Assembly (NCBI GenBank): GCA_031372985.1
Contig: JANMMF010000069.1
Location: 1 to 53,108 of the forward strand
Length of the DNA stretch: 53,108 nucleotides
Reading direction: 5' to 3'
DNA from: Gemmatimonadota bacterium
GTDB taxonomy: Bacteria; Gemmatimonadota; Gemmatimonadetes; Gemmatimonadales; Gemmatimonadaceae
Shown: positions 22,301 through 30,309 of the stretch, in pieces
How positions within the stretch are numbered: the first letter of the stretch is position 1
Layout: the number at the start of each line of letters is the position of its first letter
Translations under genes and position numbers: made by a program
Notes under the pieces: generated by a model
What the model saw: only the letters and a program-made list of their open reading frames with translations
Told to the model about the DNA's origin: nothing
Database searches by the model: none

Positions 22301-22486
22301 AGCTACAACGTGATCCTGAACGATTTCCTGGCAACGGGCGGAGAAGGGTACAACGCAAGCGGGCGCGCCACGGCGTCCAGGCCCCTCAACATCGTTGATC
22401 TCGACGCGTTGATAGACTATCTCCAGTCGTTGCCCGCACCGATCGCAGCGCCCACCGAAGTCCGCATCGCACCGGTTCCACGATGA
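19334..22486 (+). CDS. Lipoprotein with two tandem metallophosphoesterase + 5'-nucleotidase-C modules (CpdB-like 2',3'-cyclic phosphodiesterase / 5'-nucleotidase; YfkN-like)
   Basis: Lipobox LLAC. Module 1: TTDVHG, DAGD, GNHE, GHSH. PAPAPAP linker. Module 2: TNDFHG, DGGD, GNHE, GHSH, NNGGIR. Confidence 0.93.
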   Translation: MGMRNLVLVWLATSLLACAPAQLPRSTEPVDLVIATTTDVHGRLRAWDYYANRAEEVRGLSRAATIVDSVRAANPGRVVLLDAGDLLQGNPLAYVAARVSDNRTNPIVAAMNAMRYDAAAIGNHEYNYGVSYLDSAVRQASFPFLSANTYRIEPEGVHAYRPWTIVERAGLKVGIVGATTPGVAVWDAENIRGRLRFGPIVLAVREAVQEARRAGADIILVTVHSGLNEPSSYDTVTTGVTGENVAGRIAAEVPGVDLVLYGHSHKENRGATSGETLLIQPRNWATSVGVAHLIASRTNGAWKVSQKRSDLIQAAGHPENAAVLAATDLAHRETVAYVTTPIGTTPERWSADSARVKDTPLIDFILATEQKAAGSDLASTAAFSTNLVMGPGPITIAQVAQLYPYDNTLRAVRITGKQLRDYLEFSSRYYRTPASPTAPLETDPRIPGYNFDVVSGVDYVIDVSRPIGSRITRLDYRGVAVQDGHSFTMALNNYRQTGGGGYAMLSGAPVVYDKQQEIRQLLIDEVRRRGVLRQADYFTPNWSLSRGAATPAPAPAPMQPAFPTGTRFLRIIGTNDFHGALEPRPDANGVRRGGAAYLAAAIDRARKECAPSCETLILDGGDMFQGTPASNLSYGRPVVDYYNRMGYAAAALGNHEFDWGVDSLRARMRQARFGILGANVRYTDGRDVKWIRNDTIVTRGRTKIGIVGVSTVNTPTTTRAGNVVGLRFDDPAPIVDSIGRALRNRGADFVVVIAHAGATCGRDPGASCNGEIIDLARKITTKVDAIVSGHSHSLINTVVNGIPIVQARSSGRAIDVLDLPLGSAAGVTPRHEVRELAVDTIKPMASIDSIVQRAVARVAPLVSRRIATIPATLARQGPQYPLGNLIADAQRWAGKGDVAIMNNGGIRTELRAGDATYGSLFEIQPFGNTLYSLTMTGARLRGLLEAMLSKSPVNDHVSGLTISFDPSRPRGSRIASVTMADSTPLSDARSYNVILNDFLATGGEGYNASGRATASRPLNIVDLDALIDYLQSLPAPIAAPTEVRIAPVPR

Positions 22487-22731
22487 GCGAGATCGTCCGC
22501 GTTTACATAAATGCGCGTCCTGTCGAGGTCGCCGCGACCGCCACGGCGCTTCAGGCCGTGGAAGCGTGGGATGAAACGCAGGCCGCGGCGGTGCGCAACG
22601 GAGAGCGAATGATTACCGATAGTCGGGGAATCGTCACCGCCAACGACACACCCGTGCACAACGGCGCAATCTTTCGCATCGTTCGCGCTCGACAAGCTGA
22701 CTCCGACGAATCAGACCTCAACTCATTGTAA
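22483..22731 (+). CDS. Small hypothetical protein, predicted beta-grasp (ThiS/TGS/Fer2-like) fold without Gly-Gly or Cys
   Basis: Overlaps both neighbours (ATGA, TAATG). VRVYINARPVEV...TALQAV...DTPVHNGAIFRIV pattern. Confidence 0.7.
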   Translation: MSEIVRVYINARPVEVAATATALQAVEAWDETQAAAVRNGERMITDSRGIVTANDTPVHNGAIFRIVRARQADSDESDLNSL

Positions 22732-23777
22732 TGCCTTTATCGATTTTCTCCAGCAAGCTCCGCCAGCTTCCGAAAGCGGAGCTCCACTGCCATCTCGACG
22801 GCTCCGTTCGGCCCGCGACTCTGCTCGACCTGGCGCGCGAGGCGCGCGTTCAAATGCCGAGGCACACTGCCGAGGAGCTGGCGGAATTCATGAGGGTGGA
22901 CGACGCCAAGACCCTCGAGGATTACCTGCGCCGCTTCGATGTCACGGTCTCCGTGATGCAGACCGAGGAGGCGCTCGAGCGAATAGCGTACGAGCTGGCC
23001 GAAGACGCGTCCGAGGACGGCGTCCGCTACATCGAGGTAAGGAACGCCCCGATCCTCAACGTCGTGCACGGCCTGACTCTGGTGCAGGCTGTCGAAGCTC
23101 CTCTACGCGGACTTCGCCGTGCCGAGAAGGACTTTGGAATCACCGGGCGGTTCATCATCTGCGCGCTCAGGGCATTCACGCCGGAGCAATCGCTCGAGAT
23201 GGCCCAGCTCGCCGTTGAGTTCAAGAATGACGGCGTCGTGGCGTTCGACCTCGCCGGCGGCGAAAAGGGACACCCCGCGGCGCGGCACGTCGCCGCGTTT
23301 CGTTACGCGCGCGAGCACAACCTCGCGGTTACTGTGCACGCCGGAGAAGGGGACGGCGCCGAATCCGTGCGCGAGGCGGTGCACATCTGCGGCGCCAATC
23401 GCATCGGCCACGGCACAAGGCTGATCGAGGATCCGGATCTCACCCAGTACGTGAACGACAGGCGCATCGCGCTCGAGATCTGCCTGACCAGCAACGTTCA
23501 GACGAGGGTGGCCGATTCCTACGAAGCCCACCCACTCCGTGAGTATTTCGATCGTGGGCTGAACGTCACGCTCAACACCGACAACCGCCTGATGAGCGGC
23601 ACCACGCTCACCGATGAGTACGTACACGCTGCCGAGCATCTGGGCTTTACGGTGGACGAGCTCGCCGGTATTGCGCTCAACGGATTCGAGAGCGCATTTC
23701 TTCCGTGGGAGGAGCGGCTGATGCTGATCGAGGAAGCCTCGGACAAAATCGAGGAGCTGATCGGGTTCGACGAATGA
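22731..23777 (+). CDS. add: Adenosine deaminase
   Basis: LPKAELHCHLDGS, TVHAGE, RIGHG, EICLTSN and NTDN. Confidence 0.96.
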   Translation: MPLSIFSSKLRQLPKAELHCHLDGSVRPATLLDLAREARVQMPRHTAEELAEFMRVDDAKTLEDYLRRFDVTVSVMQTEEALERIAYELAEDASEDGVRYIEVRNAPILNVVHGLTLVQAVEAPLRGLRRAEKDFGITGRFIICALRAFTPEQSLEMAQLAVEFKNDGVVAFDLAGGEKGHPAARHVAAFRYAREHNLAVTVHAGEGDGAESVREAVHICGANRIGHGTRLIEDPDLTQYVNDRRIALEICLTSNVQTRVADSYEAHPLREYFDRGLNVTLNTDNRLMSGTTLTDEYVHAAEHLGFTVDELAGIALNGFESAFLPWEERLMLIEEASDKIEELIGFDE

Positions 23778-24625
23778 AAGGCGAGTACTCGACGGAAGCG
23801 GCAATCCAGGCCGCGAAAGCGATTCGCAAGCGCGCACCGCAGGAGCCAAAGGTCGGGATCATCCTCGGCTCCGGACTGGGCGGACTCTCCAAATCGATCG
23901 CGGACGCCGTGCGCATTCCGTTCGGTGACATACCCGGCTTTCCGGAGGTCACAGTCGCCGGTCACGAAGGCGCCGTCATCGTCGGATCCCTGGGCGGCCG
24001 CGAGATCGTCGCCCTGAGCGGCCGCTTTCACATGTACGAGGGGCATCCAGCCGCGCTGGCGGCATTTCCGGTTCGGGTTTTTCACGCGCTCGGCGCCCAC
24101 GACCTCTTCGTCTCGAATGCGGCTGGAGGAATCTCATCCAAGCTCGCAGTCGGCGACCTGATGATGATCTCGGATCATCTCAATCTCATGGGCACCAACC
24201 CATTGGTCGGTGAGTCGCGCGATGGCGAGATTCGTTTTCCCGACATGACTGATGCCTACAATCCTGGTCTGCGCTGGCTGTTGCGGACGACGGCGGAAGC
24301 GCTCGGGATCAAGCTCCGCGAAGGGGTATACGCGGGATTGCTCGGTCCCTCATACGAGACGCCGAGCGAGGTGAAGATGCTCCGGCTCCTCGGCGCGGAC
24401 GCCGTTGGAATGTCGACCGTGCCCGAGGTAATCGTCGCCAGAGCGCTGGGTATGCGCGTGGCTGGGGTGAGCTGCATCACCAACGCCGCCGCCGGCGTCA
24501 CCGGTGCCGCGCTCAGTCATGCTGAAGTGCTAGAGACGACCAACCGCGTGAGCGCCGCGTTCGAGTCGCTGGTGACCGAGTTCCTGGCGCGGTCTGCCGC
24601 GGCTCAACCGTTCGCTGTCAGGTAA
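23774..24625 (+). CDS. punA: Purine-nucleoside phosphorylase (trimeric PNP-I type)
   Basis: ATG at 23774 overlaps the add stop. ILGSGLG, GRFHMYEG, GPSYETPSE, VGMSTVPE and CITN. Confidence 0.95.
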   Translation: MKGEYSTEAAIQAAKAIRKRAPQEPKVGIILGSGLGGLSKSIADAVRIPFGDIPGFPEVTVAGHEGAVIVGSLGGREIVALSGRFHMYEGHPAALAAFPVRVFHALGAHDLFVSNAAGGISSKLAVGDLMMISDHLNLMGTNPLVGESRDGEIRFPDMTDAYNPGLRWLLRTTAEALGIKLREGVYAGLLGPSYETPSEVKMLRLLGADAVGMSTVPEVIVARALGMRVAGVSCITNAAAGVTGAALSHAEVLETTNRVSAAFESLVTEFLARSAAAQPFAVR

Positions 24626-24633
24626 GAAGCGAG

Positions 24634-25422
24634 TCAGCTGTCTTCAGCAAGATGGTTCAAGGGCCCGTGACCTGATCCGAGCCCCGGTGCGCTGGCGATC
24701 GCGTTGTGCACGTAGACGATGGCAACTCGTACGGCAGCGTGCAGTGACTCTCCCTTGGCGAGCTGCGCCGTAATCGCCGCCGAGAGAGTGCACCCCGTCC
24801 CGTGAGTGTTCCGGGCGTCGAGACGCTGACCGCGGAATGCGCGCACGTTCCCGTCGTAGAGAATGTCGACGACCCTGTCGCCAGAGGCCATGTGCCCGCC
24901 CTTGATGAGCACCGCCTGCGCGCCCATGTCCGCCACGATTTTCTCGGCTGCCCGCGCCATCGCATCCTCGTCGTCGATCTCTTCACCAACCAGGATCGCC
25001 GCCTCGTGCAGATTTGGTGTCACGAGAAATGCCTGCGGGATGAGCTCGCGGCGTATCACCTCGATCGCGTCGCGCTCGAGCAGCACATCGCCCGAGGTGG
25101 CCACCATCACCGGATCCAGAACGTAGTTGCGCAGCGAGTGCTCACGGATGGCGCTGGCGACTACCGATGCAATGGCTGCGTTGGCGAGCATCCCGCTCTT
25201 GAACGCCGCGGGGGGTAGATCTTCCGCCACTGAATCGATCTGTGCCCGGACGAGATCCGGGGATACCGCTTCCCAGGTCCTGACGCCAATGGTGTTCTGC
25301 GCGGTGATCGCCGTGATCGCTGAGGTGCCGAAAACGCCAAACCTCTGGAACGTCTTCAGGTCCGCTTGAATCCCGGCGCCGCCGCCCGAATCCGAGCCCG
25401 CGATGGTGAGCGCAATGCGCAT
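24634..25422 (-). CDS. thiD: Hydroxymethylpyrimidine / phosphomethylpyrimidine kinase
   Basis: ALTIAGSDSGGGAGIQADLK, DPVM, TPNLHEA and THGTGCTLS. Start set at the ATG at 25422. Confidence 0.96.
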   Translation of the reverse strand: MRIALTIAGSDSGGGAGIQADLKTFQRFGVFGTSAITAITAQNTIGVRTWEAVSPDLVRAQIDSVAEDLPPAAFKSGMLANAAIASVVASAIREHSLRNYVLDPVMVATSGDVLLERDAIEVIRRELIPQAFLVTPNLHEAAILVGEEIDDEDAMARAAEKIVADMGAQAVLIKGGHMASGDRVVDILYDGNVRAFRGQRLDARNTHGTGCTLSAAITAQLAKGESLHAAVRVAIVYVHNAIASAPGLGSGHGPLNHLAEDS

Positions 25423-25485
25423 TGACGAAAGATGCGCCGTGGTTTCCCACGGCGCATCATCGACACTCAAACTCGCTTGCCGAGA

Positions 25486-26292
25486 CTACTGCAACTGGCG
25501 CGGCGGTGGGGACGGAGGCAGCGACTGGAGCCTCGCCTTGAACGTATGGAAGTTGCGCGTATCAGTGCCTAGCCTCGCGAGCGTTGCGGGGGGGATCTGG
25601 TTGATGCGGGCCTGAACTGCCGCTATCCGATCCTCTTCCAGCGGGTGGGTTCGGAACCAGGCCTCGACTCCGGCGGGGCGGCTTCTACGCTCGGCAATCA
25701 GCTTCTGGAACATCGTCACGATGCCCTGTGGATTGATTCCAGCGCGAACGACGTTGTTGATTCCCTCGTTGTCCGCTTCCAGCTCGTCCTGACGGCTGAA
25801 ACGAGCGAATACGGCGCCGCCCGCGATGTTGATCGCAGCGCCGGCAACCTGACTGTTGCAGACGCTGGTAAGGACGCAGGCGAGGGTGACTCCGATATTC
25901 GCTCCCTGTGCCTTTTCCATCTGCTTGACGGTGTGGCGCCGCACCACGTGCCCGATCTCGTGGCCTAGCACGCCGGCGACCTCGTCCATCCGGTCAGTAC
26001 GCTCGATTAGGCCGCGATTGACGTAGATGAATCCGCCGGGAACGGCGAAGGCGTTGACTTCCTTGCTGTCGACGATGAAAAAACGCCAGTCCAGATTGCC
26101 CCGGCTGGTGAGGCGCGCGATCGAATCTCCCAGCACGTTGATGTACCGATTCAGCTCTGGATCCTGAACGATCGGTAGTTGCGCGTTGATCTGTTGCGCA
26201 TATTCCACCCCCATCTGCACTTCCTGCTGCTGCGAGATGCCGCACGCAACCAGGGACGATGTGAGCGCAATCCCTATGAGAATTCGCTTCAT
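25486..26292 (-). CDS. M48 family zinc metallopeptidase lipoprotein (BepA/LoiP-like)
   Basis: MKRILIGIALTSSLVAC lipoprotein signal, VNAFAVPGG, HEIGH, ELEAD and THP. Confidence 0.93.
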   Translation of the reverse strand: MKRILIGIALTSSLVACGISQQQEVQMGVEYAQQINAQLPIVQDPELNRYINVLGDSIARLTSRGNLDWRFFIVDSKEVNAFAVPGGFIYVNRGLIERTDRMDEVAGVLGHEIGHVVRRHTVKQMEKAQGANIGVTLACVLTSVCNSQVAGAAINIAGGAVFARFSRQDELEADNEGINNVVRAGINPQGIVTMFQKLIAERRSRPAGVEAWFRTHPLEEDRIAAVQARINQIPPATLARLGTDTRNFHTFKARLQSLPPSPPPRQLQ

Positions 26293-26365
26293 TGATACTC
26301 CGAAGATGAAATTAACGCCGACGCCCTTCGTCTCGGGGCTCGCGGCAACTACGAGTGACACGAAA

Positions 26366-26381
26366 GGCAAATCCTATTCCA
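26366..26381 (-). promoter_or_regulatory. Candidate sigma54 promoter of the M48 peptidase(-thiD) unit
   Basis: Minus strand TGGAATAGGATTTGCC, which is GG-N10-GC with TTTGC. Confidence 0.5.
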
Positions 26382-26403
26382 GCAAGCCCCTGATGCCCAA
26401 GCT

Positions 26404-27162
26404 GTGAAATTGCTTACTCTTGCGCGCGATCTGGGGCGCAGAAAGGCCCGCGAGAAGCACTCCCTCTTTGTCGCCGAAGGCGTCAGGTCGGTCGAGGAGC
26501 TGCTCCGCTCAGGCCTCGAGCTGCGGGGTGCTCTGGTTGCCCCACAGCTGCTCACCGCGCCTCGCGGACAGGCCCTCCGGAAAAGCCTCGACGAATCAAG
26601 TGTCGAAGTCGCCGAGGTGTCGGAAAAGGACTTCCGAAGCGCCGCGGAGACAGACTCTCCCCAGGGCGTGATTGCCATTGGAGAGATTCCCGCCCGTTCA
26701 TTGGATACACTCGAGATCGGTCCCTTGTGCCGCCTGCTGCTCCTGGACGGCGTTCAGGATCCGGGCAACGTCGGTACTATCCTGCGAACGGCCGCGGCAC
26801 TGGGAGCAACTGCGACGATCGCGCTGCCGGGAACCGTCGACCTCTGGAATCCCAAAGTGATTCGAAGCTCGATGGGTGCGCAGTTCGCCCACCCCGCGCT
26901 TCATGCGGATCTGGCCGAAACGCTGGCTTTTCTCGATCGACGCGAGATCGAGCTATGGGCGGCCGACGCGGGGGGGAGCGCACTCGATCGGAGCGAGGCC
27001 GCGCCGCGGCTGGCAGTCGCTCTCGGAAACGAGGGCTCGGGGCTCTCTCCGGAAGTTCGCGCGAAGGCGCGGAAAACCATCTCTCTTCCGATCGCCGCGA
27101 GCGTCGAGTCACTGAACGTCGCGGTTGCAGCGGGAATCATTCTCTACGAGCTTCGGGCATGA
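26404..27162 (+). CDS. TrmH/SpoU family RNA 2'-O-methyltransferase
   Basis: FVAEG, VQDPGNVGTILRT, GNEGSGL and ESLNVAVA. Confidence 0.95.
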   Translation: MKLLTLARDLGRRKAREKHSLFVAEGVRSVEELLRSGLELRGALVAPQLLTAPRGQALRKSLDESSVEVAEVSEKDFRSAAETDSPQGVIAIGEIPARSLDTLEIGPLCRLLLLDGVQDPGNVGTILRTAAALGATATIALPGTVDLWNPKVIRSSMGAQFAHPALHADLAETLAFLDRREIELWAADAGGSALDRSEAAPRLAVALGNEGSGLSPEVRAKARKTISLPIAASVESLNVAVAAGIILYELRA

Positions 27163-28013
27163 TCGAAATCATCATGGCGGTATTCGTGTTTCTGATGGGT
27201 GCGAGCTTCGGGTCGTTCCTCAACGTCGCCATCAGCCGCTGGCCGGAAGGTCTCTCGGTGGTGAAGCCGAGGTCCCGCTGCCCAAAATGCGGGCACCAGA
27301 TCTCGGCCAGCGAGAATATTCCGATCCTGAGCTGGCTTATCCTGCGCGGGCGCTGCAGCGGCTGCGGAGAGCGGATATCGATTCAGTATCCGATCGTGGA
27401 GCTGCTTGTCGGGCTGCTCTGGCTCGCGGCCTATATGTACTTCGGGCTGACCTTCACCGCGTTTCGCGTGGCTGTCTTCGCGACGGTGCTGCTTGGAATC
27501 GCGATCACCGACGCGAAGCACTTTCTCATCCCCGATGGATTCACCGTGTTCGGTGTCCTCTTCGTGCTCCTGTCCTCATTTGTCGCGCTCTACCTTGGCG
27601 AGGCGGAGCCGTTTGCGCGGCCATGGGAGGCGATCCTCGGGATGTGTGTCGGTGCGGGCGCGATCTCGATCGTTGGCTGGCTTGGAGAAGTGTGGCTCAG
27701 GAGACCGGCGATGGGATTCGGCGACGTGACCTTGATGGCGGTCGTGGGTGCGGCAGTCGGCCCCGCACGAGCGCTGCTAACGATCTTCATCGCCGCCGCG
27801 ATCGCGCCTGTTATTCTTCTCGGGATCGTCTACCCTCTGTCAGCGCGAGGACTCGCGGACGACAAGGGCCAGACGGAGCTTCCGCTCGAAGCGTCGGCAG
27901 GATGGCGCAAACGCGAGCTGCCGTTCGGCGTCTTTCTTGCGCCGGCGGCGCTGATCGCATTGCTTTTCGGCGACGCTCTCATCGGGTGGTACCTGCGCTT
28001 CTCGGGACTCTAA
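27159..28013 (+). CDS. pilD: Type IV prepilin peptidase / N-methyltransferase (A24)
   Basis: ATG at 27159 overlaps the TrmH stop. GSFLNV, RSRCPKC / GRCSGC zinc pairs, catalytic ITD and MGFGDV, LPFG. Confidence 0.93.
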   Translation: MIEIIMAVFVFLMGASFGSFLNVAISRWPEGLSVVKPRSRCPKCGHQISASENIPILSWLILRGRCSGCGERISIQYPIVELLVGLLWLAAYMYFGLTFTAFRVAVFATVLLGIAITDAKHFLIPDGFTVFGVLFVLLSSFVALYLGEAEPFARPWEAILGMCVGAGAISIVGWLGEVWLRRPAMGFGDVTLMAVVGAAVGPARALLTIFIAAAIAPVILLGIVYPLSARGLADDKGQTELPLEASAGWRKRELPFGVFLAPAALIALLFGDALIGWYLRFSGL

Positions 28014-28015
28014 TA

Positions 28016-29287
28016 ATGAATGTTCGTGTGACACGAAGCGCCACACTGGTCGGCGCCGGTTTTCTCTCCCTCGTATTCGCGTGTGAGAGTCAGAAGCCCA
28101 AATTAGAAGGTCCCTACGCGGAAGAAGTCGCGCAGGCCGTGCCGATGATCGAGAGAGCGGTCGGCCTCAAGTTCAAGTCTCCGCCGAAGATCGAGATGCG
28201 CTCGAAGGCGCAGGTCCGGGAGTTCGTCCTCAAGCAGTTCACGGACGCGCAGACGGTGCGCGACCTCATCGGCCAGGAGGCGGCATACAAGCTCCTTGGC
28301 ATGATCCCGGACACCCTCAAGCTCCAGCCGTTCCTGACGAACCTGCTCGAGGAGCAGATCGTCGGCTATTACGATCCGCGTACGAAGGCCCTCTACATCG
28401 TCGAGGGTGCGGCGAAGGACATAGCCGGCATCACGATCACCCACGAGCTGGTTCACGCCCTTCAGGACCAATACATAAGTCTCGATTCGGTCCAGAAGAT
28501 CAGAGACGACAACGATCGACTCACAGCGGCACAGGCCGTGTTCGAGGGGCAGGCCGTGTACGAGCAGATCGCCATCATGTTGGGGGGCTCCAACATCACG
28601 ATCAACCTGCCGGGCGGCTGGGACCGGATCAGGGATCTGATACGCGAGAGTCAGGCGTCGATGCCGGTCTTCGCCGCCGCGCCGAGACCGATTCAGGAAA
28701 CCCTGATTTTCCCCTATCTGAGCGGCGCCGAGTTCTACCGGAATTACAAGGAAAGAAAACCGGGTGCTGTGATCTACCAGGACATGCCAGCCTCGACGGA
28801 GCAGATCATCCATCCGGCCGCGTACTTCGTGAACCGCGACGCACCGACCAGGGTGTCGCTGGGAACGCTGTCCAACGCGACGGAGACGTATCAAAACGAT
28901 CTCGGTGAGTTCGAGACGAGGCTCTTCCTGTTTGAGAGTCTCAACGATCAGAACGAGGCCGTGCGTGGCGCGTCCGGATGGGACGGCGATCGCTACGCGG
29001 TCATAAACACGCCGCAGGGTCCGGGAATCGTCTGGGTCACCGTGTGGGATTCTCCCGTCGAAGCCGGCGAGTTCTTCCACATCGCGGGACAGGCGATCGA
29101 GAAGCGGTTCGGAGTGAAAGCGGCGGCGAGCACCAACAAGTCCGAGAGCTCCTACTCCACCGCCAACCGGTCGCTTCGATTGACGGCGACCGAGGCGGGA
29201 GGCCGCCCGCTCGTCATCTACGTCGATGTGCCCAAGGGAGCCAGTACCTCTATCGTCCAGCCCAGCCAGGTGACACTGACGCAGTAG
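28016..29287 (+). CDS. Putative zinc-metallopeptidase-like lipoprotein of unknown function
   Basis: ATG at 28016 follows the pilD stop. Lipobox VFAC, GYYDP, HELVHALQDQ with downstream FEG (gluzincin-like), GWDGD. Confidence 0.75.
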   Translation: MNVRVTRSATLVGAGFLSLVFACESQKPKLEGPYAEEVAQAVPMIERAVGLKFKSPPKIEMRSKAQVREFVLKQFTDAQTVRDLIGQEAAYKLLGMIPDTLKLQPFLTNLLEEQIVGYYDPRTKALYIVEGAAKDIAGITITHELVHALQDQYISLDSVQKIRDDNDRLTAAQAVFEGQAVYEQIAIMLGGSNITINLPGGWDRIRDLIRESQASMPVFAAAPRPIQETLIFPYLSGAEFYRNYKERKPGAVIYQDMPASTEQIIHPAAYFVNRDAPTRVSLGTLSNATETYQNDLGEFETRLFLFESLNDQNEAVRGASGWDGDRYAVINTPQGPGIVWVTVWDSPVEAGEFFHIAGQAIEKRFGVKAAASTNKSESSYSTANRSLRLTATEAGGRPLVIYVDVPKGASTSIVQPSQVTLTQ

Positions 29288-29314
29288 TTGGGCAAGTAGG
29301 ACCTTCAGTTGCCT

Positions 29315-30271
29315 TTACCAGCCGAGCACAACCTTCTGCAGGAAGAATGTGCAAACGCCAATGAGCGCGCCGAGAACGTAACCGGTGGTGATGATCAGGT
29401 TGAGCTCGTTCTGGATGACGTTGCGCAGGATCTCCTCGACGCGATCCACGCTGAATGCCATCACCTTGCGCTCGACCATCGCCTGCACGTCGAGCTTCTT
29501 GATCAGCTCGGGTAGCTGGTCGTGCACCCACTCCCAGATCACGGGTGCCGCCTGCGCCGCCAATCGCCTCGGCGCATCCGGATCTTTTTTCGCCTCGACA
29601 TCGCCCAGAATGTCGGAGATCGGCTTCTGCAGATAGGTAAGAATCGCGTCGTGGATCGCCTTCGAGATCTCTTCCCTGATCTCCGGCTCCTCGAGCAAGC
29701 CCACGACCTGCTCGACTCCGTCCGTCTCGATCGCGTCGAGCACCGTGTCGAACTTCTTCTCGGTCATCATGAGCTTCGCGAATATTCGCTCGTGGAAGCG
29801 CATATCGTCGACGAAGCGATTGAACATCGAATGCAGGGCGTTCCGTAGCTTGACTCTCGTCGCGGGCTGGCCGAGGAATGCGCCGAGCTTGGTCATCGCT
29901 ACCGGCAGGTACGATGTCATAGCGCCTTCCAGCGCCGTCACGACGGCGGGCGGCACCTTGTCGATCAGCGGCTCGCGCGATGTCAGGATCCCGGCGATTA
30001 CGTCTTCGATCCGCGCCTGAAAGGCGGCGAGCAGCTCCGGACGCGCGAGCTCGCTCTGCAGATCCCCCGGTGTAAGCAGCCGTTCGCCCACTGTTCGACC
30101 GAGGCTTTTCGCCAGCCGGTTCTGGTTCTTGGGGATCGCTCCCTGGAATCCGAACCGCTTACGCTTCGGGTTGAACAGCATCCACACGGCTACGGTGTCG
30201 GAGAGTCCCCCCGCCATTGTGCCAACGAAGACGTGGATTGCAAACTGGACCCAGGTATTTTCGACGTCCAC
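29315..30271 (-). CDS. DUF445 family membrane protein
   Basis: N-terminal GGLSDTVAVWMLF..GAIPK and C-terminal ELNLI..GYVLGALIG. Confidence 0.85.
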   Translation of the reverse strand: MDVENTWVQFAIHVFVGTMAGGLSDTVAVWMLFNPKRKRFGFQGAIPKNQNRLAKSLGRTVGERLLTPGDLQSELARPELLAAFQARIEDVIAGILTSREPLIDKVPPAVVTALEGAMTSYLPVAMTKLGAFLGQPATRVKLRNALHSMFNRFVDDMRFHERIFAKLMMTEKKFDTVLDAIETDGVEQVVGLLEEPEIREEISKAIHDAILTYLQKPISDILGDVEAKKDPDAPRRLAAQAAPVIWEWVHDQLPELIKKLDVQAMVERKVMAFSVDRVEEILRNVIQNELNLIITTGYVLGALIGVCTFFLQKVVLGW

Positions 30272-30309
30272 CTAGCTCGTGACTGCTCCTGCCGGGGCGC
30301 TGCGGTTGA

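Noticed and set aside
26727-27158. N-terminal extension of the prepilin peptidase ORF
   Set aside because: Overlaps TrmH. The real start is the ATGA-coupled ATG at 27159.
27125-29287. 720-aa ORF as a single protein
   Set aside because: The first ~297 codons overlap pilD in another frame and are Arg-rich junk. The credible gene starts at ATG 28016 with a lipoprotein signal.
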